Shown: positions 42,100-50,499 of the stretch, in pieces | Layout of the letters: each line of letters opens with the position of its first letter | Position numbering within the stretch: position 1 is the first letter of the stretch | From: Planctomycetota bacterium | Lineage (GTDB): Bacteria; Planctomycetota; PLA2 | Direction: 5' to 3' | NCBI GenBank assembly: GCA_036443405.1 | Contig: JAZFYD010000243.1 | Coordinates: 2,908 to 66,907, forward strand | Length of the DNA stretch: 64,000 nt | Translations under genes and position numbers: made by a program | Notes under the pieces: model-generated | The model's database searches: none | What the model saw: only the letters and a program-made list of their open reading frames with translations | Told to the model about the DNA's origin: nothing

Positions 42100-42849
42100 A
42101 TGGCTGGACACTCACACTGGGCCGGGATCAAACACAAGAAGGCCGCGACGGACAAGAAGCGCGGCAAGATCTTCTCCAAGATCGCCAACCTGATCATCTC
42201 GGCCGCCCGAAACGGCGGCGGCGACCCGGAGACCAACCTCGCGCTGCGGTACGCGATCGAGAAGGGGCGCGCCGCGAACATGCCGCGCGACACGATTGCG
42301 CGCGCGGTCAAAAAAGGAACCGGCGAGCTGGCCGGCGAGGAGATCCACGAGCTCACCTACGAGGCGTACGCGCCGGGCGGCGCCGCGCTTCTGATCCACA
42401 CGATCACGGACAACGTGAACCGGACCGGCGCGGACGTGCGCAGCATGCTCGAAAAACGCGGCGGCACGCTCGGCAAGCAGGGCAGCGTCTCCTGGAACTT
42501 CGAGCGCAAGGCGCTGTTCACGGTCGCGACGAGCGCGATCGGCGAGGAAGAGCTGTTCGACCTCGCTCTGGAGGCCGGCGCCGAGGACGTCTCGGACGAA
42601 GGCGAGTTCTATTCCATCACCGCCCCGCCGGAGTCGTTCGCGACACTCGCGGCGGCGCTGGAAGCCAAGGGCCTCAAACCCGACGCGAGCGAGTTGACCG
42701 ACCTGCCCAAATCGCGGGTCATGCTGGAAGCGGACGCAGCGCGCAAGGTGCTCGCGCTCATCGAAACGCTCGAGGACCACGAGGATGTGCAGACGGCGAT
42801 CACGAACGCCGACCTGCCGGACGAGGTCCTGGCGGAACTCGGCTCTTGA
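42100..42849 (+). CDS. yebC: YebC/PmpR-family transcriptional regulator
   Basis: Starts MAGHSHWAGIKHKKAATDKKRGKIFSK, the canonical YebC N-terminus. A TATAAT lies 10 nt upstream of the ATG. Confidence 0.9.
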   Translation: MAGHSHWAGIKHKKAATDKKRGKIFSKIANLIISAARNGGGDPETNLALRYAIEKGRAANMPRDTIARAVKKGTGELAGEEIHELTYEAYAPGGAALLIHTITDNVNRTGADVRSMLEKRGGTLGKQGSVSWNFERKALFTVATSAIGEEELFDLALEAGAEDVSDEGEFYSITAPPESFATLAAALEAKGLKPDASELTDLPKSRVMLEADAARKVLALIETLEDHEDVQTAITNADLPDEVLAELGS

Positions 42850-43781
42850 TGCGCGAACAGATCGACCGGCTCGAAGAGACGATCAACGGCGTCTTCCTGG
42901 GCAAATCTTCCGTCGTGCGGCTTGTGCTCACGTCGTTTTTCGCGGGCGGCCACATCCTGCTTGAAGACGTTCCCGGGGTCGGCAAGACGATTCTCGCGCG
43001 AACGCTCGCCCGCTGCATCGACGGCCACTTCCGCCGCATCCAGTTCACGGCGGATCTGCTGCCCAGTGACATCGTCGGCACGTCGATCTTCAACCAACAA
43101 ACCAGTGCGTTCGAATTCCGGCCGGGTCCGGTGTTCGCGCAGGTCGTGCTCGGTGACGAGATCAACCGAACGACGCCGCGTACCCAGTCCGCGTTGCTCG
43201 AAGCGATGAACGAAGGCAGCATCAGCTTGGACGGCGTCACGCACGCGCTGCCGCAACCGTTCATCGTGATCGCCACGCAAAATCCGTACGAGTTCGAGGG
43301 CACCTACCCGCTGCCCGAGTCGCAACTCGACCGTTTCATGATGCGCATCGAGATCGGCTACCCCAACATGGACGCGGAACATCGCATGCTCGTGGCTCAA
43401 CAGGAGCGCCACCCGTTCCACGATGTTTCACCCGTCATGCACGCGCGCGATGTGGAGAAGATCCAACAGGCCGTCCGGCGTATCCGCGTGGACGAGTCGC
43501 TTCGTGGCTACCTCTTGGCGATCGTCGCCGCGACGCGCAAGGACAGCCGCATCCGCATCGGCATCTCGCCGCGCGGATCCGTCGCGCTGCAGCGCGCGGC
43601 GCAGTCCCGCGCCTTTCTCGATGGCCGCGAATTCGTCGTGCCCGACGACATCAAGGTCCTCGCAGGGCCGGTGCTCGGCCACCGGATGGTGCCGCGCGGC
43701 GCCATGCCCGACGAAGGCTCGTTCAAAGAGCGCGTCGCGCTGATGCAAGAGATCACGTCGTCCATCGAAGTCCCGATCTAG
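42849..43781 (+). CDS. MoxR-family AAA+ ATPase
   Basis: Walker A GVPGVGKT, Walker B VVLGDEINR and the sensor region are present. ATG at 42849 overlaps the yebC stop (TGATG). Confidence 0.9.
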   Translation: MREQIDRLEETINGVFLGKSSVVRLVLTSFFAGGHILLEDVPGVGKTILARTLARCIDGHFRRIQFTADLLPSDIVGTSIFNQQTSAFEFRPGPVFAQVVLGDEINRTTPRTQSALLEAMNEGSISLDGVTHALPQPFIVIATQNPYEFEGTYPLPESQLDRFMMRIEIGYPNMDAEHRMLVAQQERHPFHDVSPVMHARDVEKIQQAVRRIRVDESLRGYLLAIVAATRKDSRIRIGISPRGSVALQRAAQSRAFLDGREFVVPDDIKVLAGPVLGHRMVPRGAMPDEGSFKERVALMQEITSSIEVPI

Positions 43782-43928
43782 CCACCCCGAACGGTTCCTG
43801 GAACCACGCAGCCACGACGCAAACTGGGCGCCGCACACGGGTTACAGCGATCATCTGCGGGACACGCACCCGCACTCCAGGCTCATCGCGCGAGCAGAAC
43901 GCCTGGAAGGCGGATTTCACCTCCCAAA

Positions 43929-43948
43929 GTGCGGCAGCCGTGCCGCAC
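43929..43948 (-). terminator. GC hairpin between convergent moxR and hemD (weak terminator candidate)
   Basis: gtgcggc-agccgt-gccgcac (7-bp stem). On the minus-sense strand it is followed by TTTGGG. There is no strong U-tract. Confidence 0.35.
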
Positions 43949-44015
43949 CCGACTGTCATAAATTACTGCCTTGCAACGGATTGTGACGGCGACATGGGGA
44001 TCCTGGAACCGCCCG

Positions 44016-44645
44016 CTAGAGTTCGGCGTCCAACAGCGGCAACTCCCCCGCTTCGAGTGCCGCGGCCGTCGTCAGGCCGCGCGCCCAAAACCGGGCGTTG
44101 GTTTCGACGCCAAGCGCGCAATACGCCTCCACCGCGGACGGGGCGTGGAAGCAGATCACGTCGGCGTCGACGAACGCGTTGCGATCGACATTAGGCAACG
44201 CCACGGTCCGATACACGGCCGCGTGTACGACGTCGGCGCCCGCCGCGACGAGCGCGTGTCCCAGATCCAGATGGGCGGCCTCCGCGCGCGGCCACAACAG
44301 GCGTTGCCCCGAGCACCCGCCCCACGCTTTCGCCAACTCCGCGCCGCCGCCCGCGCCGATGACCTGCAACTCGATGCCGCGCACGCGCAGCGCGTCGGCC
44401 GTCGCGGGGCCGACCGCGCCCACCCGCGGCCAGGAACAACCCTCGGGCGCGCGCTCGACGGCGGATACGCTTGTGAACAACACACCGTCGAACTCCGACG
44501 GATCGGGAAAGGCCGCCACCGCCTCGATGCGTGTGAGCGGAACCTCTGACACCGTGTGGCCCGCCTGTTCCAGGTCGGCGCGTTGTTTCGCGTTGCGGCC
44601 CGCGGGCCTGGTCAACACGATGCGCAACCGGACATCGTTTGCCAT
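44016..44645 (-). CDS. hemD: uroporphyrinogen-III synthase
   Basis: 209 aa, MANDVRLRIVLTRPAGRNAKQRADLEQAGHTVSEVPLTRI...FTSVSAV. The two-lobed HemD pattern is present. The start overlaps the stop of the upstream FHA gene. Confidence 0.65.
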   Translation of the reverse strand: MANDVRLRIVLTRPAGRNAKQRADLEQAGHTVSEVPLTRIEAVAAFPDPSEFDGVLFTSVSAVERAPEGCSWPRVGAVGPATADALRVRGIELQVIGAGGGAELAKAWGGCSGQRLLWPRAEAAHLDLGHALVAAGADVVHAAVYRTVALPNVDRNAFVDADVICFHAPSAVEAYCALGVETNARFWARGLTTAAALEAGELPLLDAEL

Positions 44646-45805
44646 CAGCTGTCGCCGAGGCGGGATAACAGGTTCTTCGCGCGGGCGTGCCCCGGCTGCG
44701 CGCCCAACGCCTCCCCAAGCAACGCCTTGGCCTCGCGGTTCAGATACCGCGCGGCACACCAGTGCGCGAGATCGACCTGCGCGTCCACGTCCCCCTTCTT
44801 CAACGCCGCATGCGATTGCGCGGCGCTGCGCTCCAACGCCACCCGGTCGAACACGCCGCGCAGCTTGGCGCGCCCGATTTCATACAAGAGACCATCGGGT
44901 GCCGTTCCTTCGACGACGATCCTGTCCCAGCGCGTCACCTTGAGCGGAAAGAACAGGCCGCTTCTCAGTTCCAAGAGCTGGGGAAACTCAGCGACGCTCG
45001 CGAACATGGCCGGCGGCAGCGCGCCGACCTCCGCGCGTTCGGTTTTCTTGGGTCTTATCGATGCCGTCTCCGCGGACCCCGTCTCGGGCGCAGACATACC
45101 GCCCCCCATGGGATCGTCCATCCCGCCCCCGCGCGACGGGTCGCCGGCCGAATCCGGAGCGTCGAGACCCGTTGCTGTGTCCTTCGCCCCCATCGCGTTC
45201 TCGGCCTCTTCGTGCGTCGACGAACTTCCGCCGTCTTCTTGAGAACCGCCAGGCCGTCCGACCAAAACGCCCACCAAGACACCAACGGTCAGAAGCAACA
45301 GCCCACCAACACCGACCGCGATCCACTTCCACTTCGCCGCATCGCCGCCCGACGGCGCGGACGGCGCGGATGCGTGCGTCACCGGGCGCGCCACGCGGGC
45401 GGGCGGGTGAGGTTCGCTCGCGGGCTTTTGTTCAACGGCGGGCGGCGGCAGGGGCGGCAGAGCCGTCGCGGGCGCCGCTGCCGCGGGAGCCCCCACGGGT
45501 GCGGGCGGCGGCGTGTGATGGAACGTAACCACCGCCTGGCCGAAGTGGACAAAGTCCCCGGCCTCGACCGTGCTCGGCATCTGCGCCGTCAGCGCCGCAC
45601 CGTTGATCCGAGTTCCGGTGGTGGAGCCGAGGTCCGTGATCTTGACGAGGTCCCCATCCACCTCGACAAGCGCATGCCGTCGCGAAACGGTGGAGTGCTC
45701 GAGCAGCAAATCACTGACGGCCGCGTCGCGCCCCACGACGGTAATCCGCCGCTCGAGCTCGAGCACGAGCCGCCCTTGAGGTCCATCCCAAACGAGAACC
45801 GCCAT
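44645..45805 (-). CDS. FHA-domain membrane protein
   Basis: The N-terminal FHA domain is MAVLVWDGPQGRLVLELERRITVVGR...VSRRHALVEVDGDLVKITDLGSTTGTRING. A Pro-rich linker, a TM helix and a C-terminal domain follow. The start could alternatively be ATG at 45835. Confidence 0.7.
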   Translation of the reverse strand: MAVLVWDGPQGRLVLELERRITVVGRDAAVSDLLLEHSTVSRRHALVEVDGDLVKITDLGSTTGTRINGAALTAQMPSTVEAGDFVHFGQAVVTFHHTPPPAPVGAPAAAAPATALPPLPPPAVEQKPASEPHPPARVARPVTHASAPSAPSGGDAAKWKWIAVGVGGLLLLTVGVLVGVLVGRPGGSQEDGGSSSTHEEAENAMGAKDTATGLDAPDSAGDPSRGGGMDDPMGGGMSAPETGSAETASIRPKKTERAEVGALPPAMFASVAEFPQLLELRSGLFFPLKVTRWDRIVVEGTAPDGLLYEIGRAKLRGVFDRVALERSAAQSHAALKKGDVDAQVDLAHWCAARYLNREAKALLGEALGAQPGHARAKNLLSRLGDS

Positions 45806-45940
45806 TGGATGACAAGGATAATAGATCCTTGGCATCCACCTCGGCCTTGGCCTCGGCCTCGTGCGCCGGACCCCGCCTCTCTCGGTCCCCCGGCCGCTCC
45901 CCTCGCCCCTAATCGACGCGACCGCGCACCCAGCCCGCGG

Positions 45941-45990
45941 ACCGATCGCGGGTGGTCGTGCTGCGGATGCGAAACACGCACACCACACCC
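45941..45990 (+). repeat. second repeat family, copy A, just downstream of rpsI
   Basis: accgatcgcgggtggtcgtgctgcggatgcgaaacacgcacaccacaccc. This is homologous to the 41.8 kb copy in opposite orientation. Confidence 0.55.
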
Positions 45991-46027
45991 ACGGACGAAG
46001 ATCGAATTGGAAACGGACGCTCGCCGA

Positions 46028-46441
46028 CTAACGCTTGCTGAACTGGAAGCGACGTCGCGCACCGCGCTGGCCGTACTTCTTGCGCTCTTTCATGCGGGCA
46101 TCGCGGGTCAGGAACCCGCCATCTCGCAGCGTCGGCTCGGTCTCGGCGTCGATGCGCAGTAGCGCGCGGGCGATGCCAAGGCGGACGGCACCGGACTGAC
46201 CGAGCGGGCCACCACCGTTGACGTTGACCTTGACGTCGTACTTGCTCTCGGCTTCGGTCGCGCGCAGCGGGCCGAGAACCTGGTTCTGCATGTCGACGGT
46301 CGGGAAGAACTCTTTGAACGCCTTGCCGTTGAGCGTGATCTCGCCGGTGCCGGGGAACAGACGGACCCGGGCGACCGCGGTCTTGCGGCGGCCGGTGCCC
46401 CAAACGAAGTTCGCTTTGTCGTTAGTCTTCTGCTCGCTCAT
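46028..46441 (-). CDS. rpsI: 30S ribosomal protein S9
   Basis: 137 aa ending KKYGQRGARRRFQFSKR, a diagnostic S9 C-terminus. The start overlaps the rplM stop. Confidence 0.95.
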   Translation of the reverse strand: MSEQKTNDKANFVWGTGRRKTAVARVRLFPGTGEITLNGKAFKEFFPTVDMQNQVLGPLRATEAESKYDVKVNVNGGGPLGQSGAVRLGIARALLRIDAETEPTLRDGGFLTRDARMKERKKYGQRGARRRFQFSKR

Positions 46442-46887
46442 CAGGCGTTCCTTCCGGTGCCGAGGTTGAGCGGCTCCGGCTTCTGCGCGGCGTGACGATG
46501 CTCACTGCCGGCGTAGATCTTGAGTTTCTTCAGCATGTGACGGCCCATGCGCGACTTCGGCAGCATGCGGCGAACGGCCAACCGAACGATGTCCTCCGGG
46601 CGGCTGTCGCGCATCTGCTCCAGCGTGCGGGTCTTACGGCCGCTCGGCCAACCCGTGTACCACTGGTAGATCTTCTTTTCGTCCTTCGCGCCCGTCGCCT
46701 GGACCTCCGCCGCGTTGATCACCACGACAAAATCGCCGGTGTCGATGTGGGCGGTGTAGGTCGGCCGGTGCTTGCCCATCAGGATCATGGCAATGCGCAC
46801 GGCGGCGCGGCCGAGCACCTCATTCTTGGCGTCGATCAAATACCAGTGGGGAGTAATCTCCCCCGCTTTGGCCATCGGAGTCTTCAC
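46441..46887 (-). CDS. rplM: 50S ribosomal protein L13
   Basis: (M)KTPMAKAGEITPHWYLIDAKNEVLGRAAV matches the L13 N-terminus (E. coli [20 protein letters not shown]). The start is GTG at 46887. Confidence 0.95.
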   Translation of the reverse strand: MKTPMAKAGEITPHWYLIDAKNEVLGRAAVRIAMILMGKHRPTYTAHIDTGDFVVVINAAEVQATGAKDEKKIYQWYTGWPSGRKTRTLEQMRDSRPEDIVRLAVRRMLPKSRMGRHMLKKLKIYAGSEHRHAAQKPEPLNLGTGRNA

Positions 46888-46970
46888 GGGCGTTTTTCTC
46901 GTGCTAGCGGCCCCCGAATCCCCGCTAGGAAAGCTGGGAAGGCTGGGGGCCTCGCTGAATGGAAACGGAG

Positions 46971-46999
46971 AACGTAAGCGCGATTCCGTGGCCTGTCAA
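46971..46999 (-). promoter_or_regulatory. sigma70-type promoter of the rplM-rpsI operon
   Basis: On the minus-strand sense: TTGACA (plus tgtcaa 46994-46999), a 17-nt spacer, and TACGTT (plus aacgta 46971-46976). The leader of about 80 nt contains a GGCCCCC...GGGGGCC stem. Confidence 0.6.
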
Positions 47000-48108
47000 T
47001 CTTGGAGCGCGACCGCGCTGCGCCGGCACAGCCGGATCTCCCCGGGCGCGTTCGTCGGCGGCCTGAACTCCCCCGTCGGATCCACGGGCCCTCCGGCCGG
47101 CTCGACGTGCTCCGTCACAAAGATCCGGGTCATACCCGGCTCCGCCGACCCCGCCGTACCCGGACTCTCCCACCACGCACCGCCGCGTTCCAAAAACGGA
47201 ACCGGCTGCTCGCCCGGCCCCGGCATCGGGGCCAACCCGGGCCTCAGCGTGACCGCGACCCGGTAAATCCGGCGGCGAACGTGCCCGTCCAGCACGAAGA
47301 CCTCCTCGATCCGGCCGGCGGCCACGGGGCGATCGACCCGCTCGGGCAAGACGGCGCCCAAACCGGCTCCCGCGATCCCGACGAGCGCTCCCATGCCGAG
47401 CAGCAGGCGACGGTCGACGCGGAACAGAGCTCCGCCGAGAATCAGGAGCCCAAACGCGATGCCGGATCCCAAGACGACGAGGCGGGCTTGATCCAGCGCA
47501 TCCGGAGCCACCTCCGCGGGCGGGAGATCCTTGTAGAGATCGGGCCGCGCGGACGCAGCTCGCGCCACACGCAGCGGGCGCACCGGCCCAGCGCGCGCGA
47601 GCACCTCCTTGGGATCGCCGCCGCCGCCGGCAACGTCGCCGCCACCGCGTCCCCACTTCTCGAGCGCGCGATCGCGCCGCGACTCCTGAAGCAGGTAAAC
47701 CCGGTCGAACAGATCCAAGGAGTTCCAAAGCCCTGGAACGTCGCCCTCGCGGACGTGTACGGCTTTCACGGGTTCACCGTCGGCTCCTTTGAGCCCGGCG
47801 GCCAGGTTGTCGGGACCGGCGCCGAGCAATAGCACCAGCCGCGTGTTCTCCGGCACCGCGTCGAGTTCCAACAAGACCGCGCCGGACGCATCGACGACCG
47901 CACACGGCGTCCGCGAAACGCGCACGTATGTCATCTCGCCGTCTCTCAAACGGTAGGTCCACCCGTCGATGGAGACCGTTACGTCGATGGTCGATCGCAG
48001 CGCGAGCGGAACGCCGGGGCGCGCATAGGGGCCGAGCGGCGCTTCGACGGTGATGCCGGCGTCCGCCAGCGCGACCGTCGACAGCCAGAGAACAAGGAGC
48101 GCTCTCAC
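46996..48108 (-). CDS. hypothetical secreted/membrane protein, last gene of the dcw-linked operon
   Basis: GTG at 48108 overlaps the upstream stop (GTGA) and has GGGAGG 4 nt upstream. It has a signal peptide MRALLVLWLSTVALADA and two predicted TM helices in the middle. Composition is coding-like. Confidence 0.5.
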   Translation of the reverse strand: MRALLVLWLSTVALADAGITVEAPLGPYARPGVPLALRSTIDVTVSIDGWTYRLRDGEMTYVRVSRTPCAVVDASGAVLLELDAVPENTRLVLLLGAGPDNLAAGLKGADGEPVKAVHVREGDVPGLWNSLDLFDRVYLLQESRRDRALEKWGRGGGDVAGGGGDPKEVLARAGPVRPLRVARAASARPDLYKDLPPAEVAPDALDQARLVVLGSGIAFGLLILGGALFRVDRRLLLGMGALVGIAGAGLGAVLPERVDRPVAAGRIEEVFVLDGHVRRRIYRVAVTLRPGLAPMPGPGEQPVPFLERGGAWWESPGTAGSAEPGMTRIFVTEHVEPAGGPVDPTGEFRPPTNAPGEIRLCRRSAVALQD

Positions 48109-48668
48109 TTGGCCTCCCGCGGGCGAACCAACGCAACAACGGGCCAGGCCATGAGCGCCAGGACGCCGGGCATCGACAACGGACCTCCCGACTCGATGCG
48201 CACCGCGGCACCCCACGGCGAGAGCGGTCGCCACGCCGCGGCATCGCCACCGCCGAACTCGGCGACCAGGTACGCCAGCGCAAAGGGCGCAACCAGGAGC
48301 AGGACCATCGTCGGGAGATACAGCGCGCCGACACGGCGCCCAACGAGAGCGCGACCGGCCGATCCCGCCACCGCGCACAACGCGAGCAGTCCGAACGAGC
48401 GCAAGAGCACGTCGGCGCCCCCACGACCGTACGAGGCCGCGGCGACCGCAGGTCCCGCGAGAAGCCAGGGCAGAAACCCGAGGCCCCAACCCGGCGTATC
48501 CACGAGCGCGGGCGAAATCAGGAGCGCATGCACCGCGGCGAGGCCAAGGACGAGACCGAGCGGCCCGCCGCCCCTTTTCGGCTCCACGATGTAGAGCGCC
48601 GCCACCAGCAGCAAGAGGAGAATCAGGGCCGAGGCCGCCTCTTTGGGCGGCACGGCTTTCCGGATCAT
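48105..48668 (-). CDS. hypothetical polytopic membrane protein translationally coupled to ftsQ
   Basis: ATG at 48668 overlaps the ftsQ stop (ATGA). 187 aa with 4-5 hydrophobic helices. The track ORF N-terminus out to 49526 overlaps ftsQ out of frame. Confidence 0.5.
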   Translation of the reverse strand: MIRKAVPPKEAASALILLLLLVAALYIVEPKRGGGPLGLVLGLAAVHALLISPALVDTPGWGLGFLPWLLAGPAVAAASYGRGGADVLLRSFGLLALCAVAGSAGRALVGRRVGALYLPTMVLLLVAPFALAYLVAEFGGGDAAAWRPLSPWGAAVRIESGGPLSMPGVLALMAWPVVALVRPREAK

Positions 48669-49615
48669 AGGTCCGTCGATTTTCGCAGATAGAGCGTGCC
48701 GTACCGGACGTCGATTTCGCGGCCCCGCACGCGTTCGAGATCTTCCGCCACCTCGATCAGGTACGCGATCTTCTTGGCGACGGAGTTTTCGCGCACGCCC
48801 GGCCCGGGCCGGCCCCAGCGAACCCGGATGCCGTCGCTCCCCAGGAGGACGACCCCCTGCCGCTGATCGCGCGCACCCGAAACGTCGATGCGGTACAAAC
48901 CGAGCGGCGCCAAATCCGCGAGGTGCGGTGCGATCTCCGCCAGCGTATCGAGACCGATGCGCACTGCGCCGTGCCGCCAGCGTTCGCCCGCGACCGGCGC
49001 GTCGCCGGGAACCGGTCCGATGCGAAACAGGCCGCTGCTGATTCCGGCGTAGGCCTTTGCCGGAAGCACGATCTGATCGAATGTGACCGGGTGGCTCGCG
49101 TCGGCGGTCGCCAGCACGGCATAGGGCCGGCGCAACTCGACCTCCAACGAATAACGGCGCGGCCAATGGCGTCGGACGCGATGCACGCGCTCGACACCGG
49201 GCAGCACTTCGAGGGCGCGGCGGATCTTCTGATCGAATCGCGAGTCGAAGAGGCTGATCGGCCCCAGCGCGCGCAGTTGGTCTTCGAGCGGTGCCACGAC
49301 CGCGATGTCCCCCCATGCGGGCGCAGCCAGGGAGACCTCGGTCGGGAATGCCAGGAATCGGGTGTCGTGCAGGAGGCCGCGTTGCAGAGCGCGCATTCCG
49401 AAAAACGAACCGACGACGATCAACGCGATCCAAGTCGCGCGCGAGTTGGCCAACACCGCGCCGATCTCGCGCGTCTCCGCGCCCCACGAGGCGATTCGCT
49501 CCCCCGCGGATGCGAACCTGGTCCACACCTTGTCCAGCGCCACCGCGATCGGCGAGCGACCCAACGACTTGGACCGCGAGCGCTTCTTCTTGCTCTTTTT
49601 CTTCTTGCCGCTCAT
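48665..49615 (-). CDS. ftsQ: cell division protein FtsQ/DivIB-like (POTRA)
   Basis: Lys-rich cytoplasmic N-terminus MSGKKKKSKKKRSRSK, a single TM, and a POTRA-like domain (LPGVERVHRVRRHWPRRYSLEVELRRPYAVL). ATG at 49615 overlaps the murB stop (ATGA). Confidence 0.7.
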   Translation of the reverse strand: MSGKKKKSKKKRSRSKSLGRSPIAVALDKVWTRFASAGERIASWGAETREIGAVLANSRATWIALIVVGSFFGMRALQRGLLHDTRFLAFPTEVSLAAPAWGDIAVVAPLEDQLRALGPISLFDSRFDQKIRRALEVLPGVERVHRVRRHWPRRYSLEVELRRPYAVLATADASHPVTFDQIVLPAKAYAGISSGLFRIGPVPGDAPVAGERWRHGAVRIGLDTLAEIAPHLADLAPLGLYRIDVSGARDQRQGVVLLGSDGIRVRWGRPGPGVRENSVAKKIAYLIEVAEDLERVRGREIDVRYGTLYLRKSTDL

Positions 49616-50499
49616 GTCAGCCACCGCCGCACTTCGATTTCGAGATCCACGTGATGGACCTGGGACACCTTCGTCCGCACCCGGTCGATCAGCGCCAGCA
49701 CGTCGGCTGCCGACGCCCCGCCATCGTTTTCGATGAAGTTGGCGTGTATGTCCGAGACGCGCGCCGCGCCCACCATGTTGTTTCTGCACCCCGCCGTGTC
49801 GATGAGACGCCCGGCCGAATCTCCGGCAGGGTTCCTAAACACGCAACCCGCGTTGCCGACCCACCCGGGTTGGGTTTGCCGCCGCTCCTTGACGATGGCG
49901 CGAGCAAAGCCGCGCACGACGGACGGCTCGCTCGGGTCGAGTCGCAACCAGGCGCGCAAGACGATGCGATCGCCCACCGCGCTCTTCCGATAACGGAAGA
50001 AACTCGCGGGCGGTTCGAACGACTCCAAATCGCCATCGCGCGTCAGCAGTTCGAGAAAGACCACGCGGCTGCCGATGGCGCCGTGCTTCCCTCCCGCGTT
50101 GCCGAAGATCGCGCCGCCGATGCGGCCGGGAATGCCCGCGAGGCACTCGGTGCCGCTCAGCCCCGCCGAACCGGCCGCGCGCACCGCGGCGATCAAACGC
50201 GCTCCGGCCTCTGCGACGAGCACCGGCCCGTTCGTGCCGACCGCGTTCAAACGGTTCAAGCTGATGACCGCGCCTTCAATCGGTTCGTCGCCGACGAGCA
50301 GGTTGCTGCCCCCGCCGAGGATGCGAAACGGCATTCCGATCCGGCGCAGCATCGCGACGGACTCAAGGAGTTCCTCGGTGTCCGCGGGTTCGAGATAGAC
50401 GCGTGCGTCGCCGCCGATGCGCCACGTCGTCAGCGGCGCCAACGAGTGGTCGGTCGCGACGAGGCCTCTAAAGCGCCTGTGCCAGTCGACCGGCAACAT
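49612..50499 (-). CDS. murB: UDP-N-acetylenolpyruvoylglucosamine reductase
   Basis: FAD-binding N-terminus (TTWRIGG...ILGGGSNLLV) and the MurB C-terminal domain. The ATG overlaps the murC 3' end by 32 nt. Confidence 0.9.
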   Translation of the reverse strand: MLPVDWHRRFRGLVATDHSLAPLTTWRIGGDARVYLEPADTEELLESVAMLRRIGMPFRILGGGSNLLVGDEPIEGAVISLNRLNAVGTNGPVLVAEAGARLIAAVRAAGSAGLSGTECLAGIPGRIGGAIFGNAGGKHGAIGSRVVFLELLTRDGDLESFEPPASFFRYRKSAVGDRIVLRAWLRLDPSEPSVVRGFARAIVKERRQTQPGWVGNAGCVFRNPAGDSAGRLIDTAGCRNNMVGAARVSDIHANFIENDGGASAADVLALIDRVRTKVSQVHHVDLEIEVRRWLT

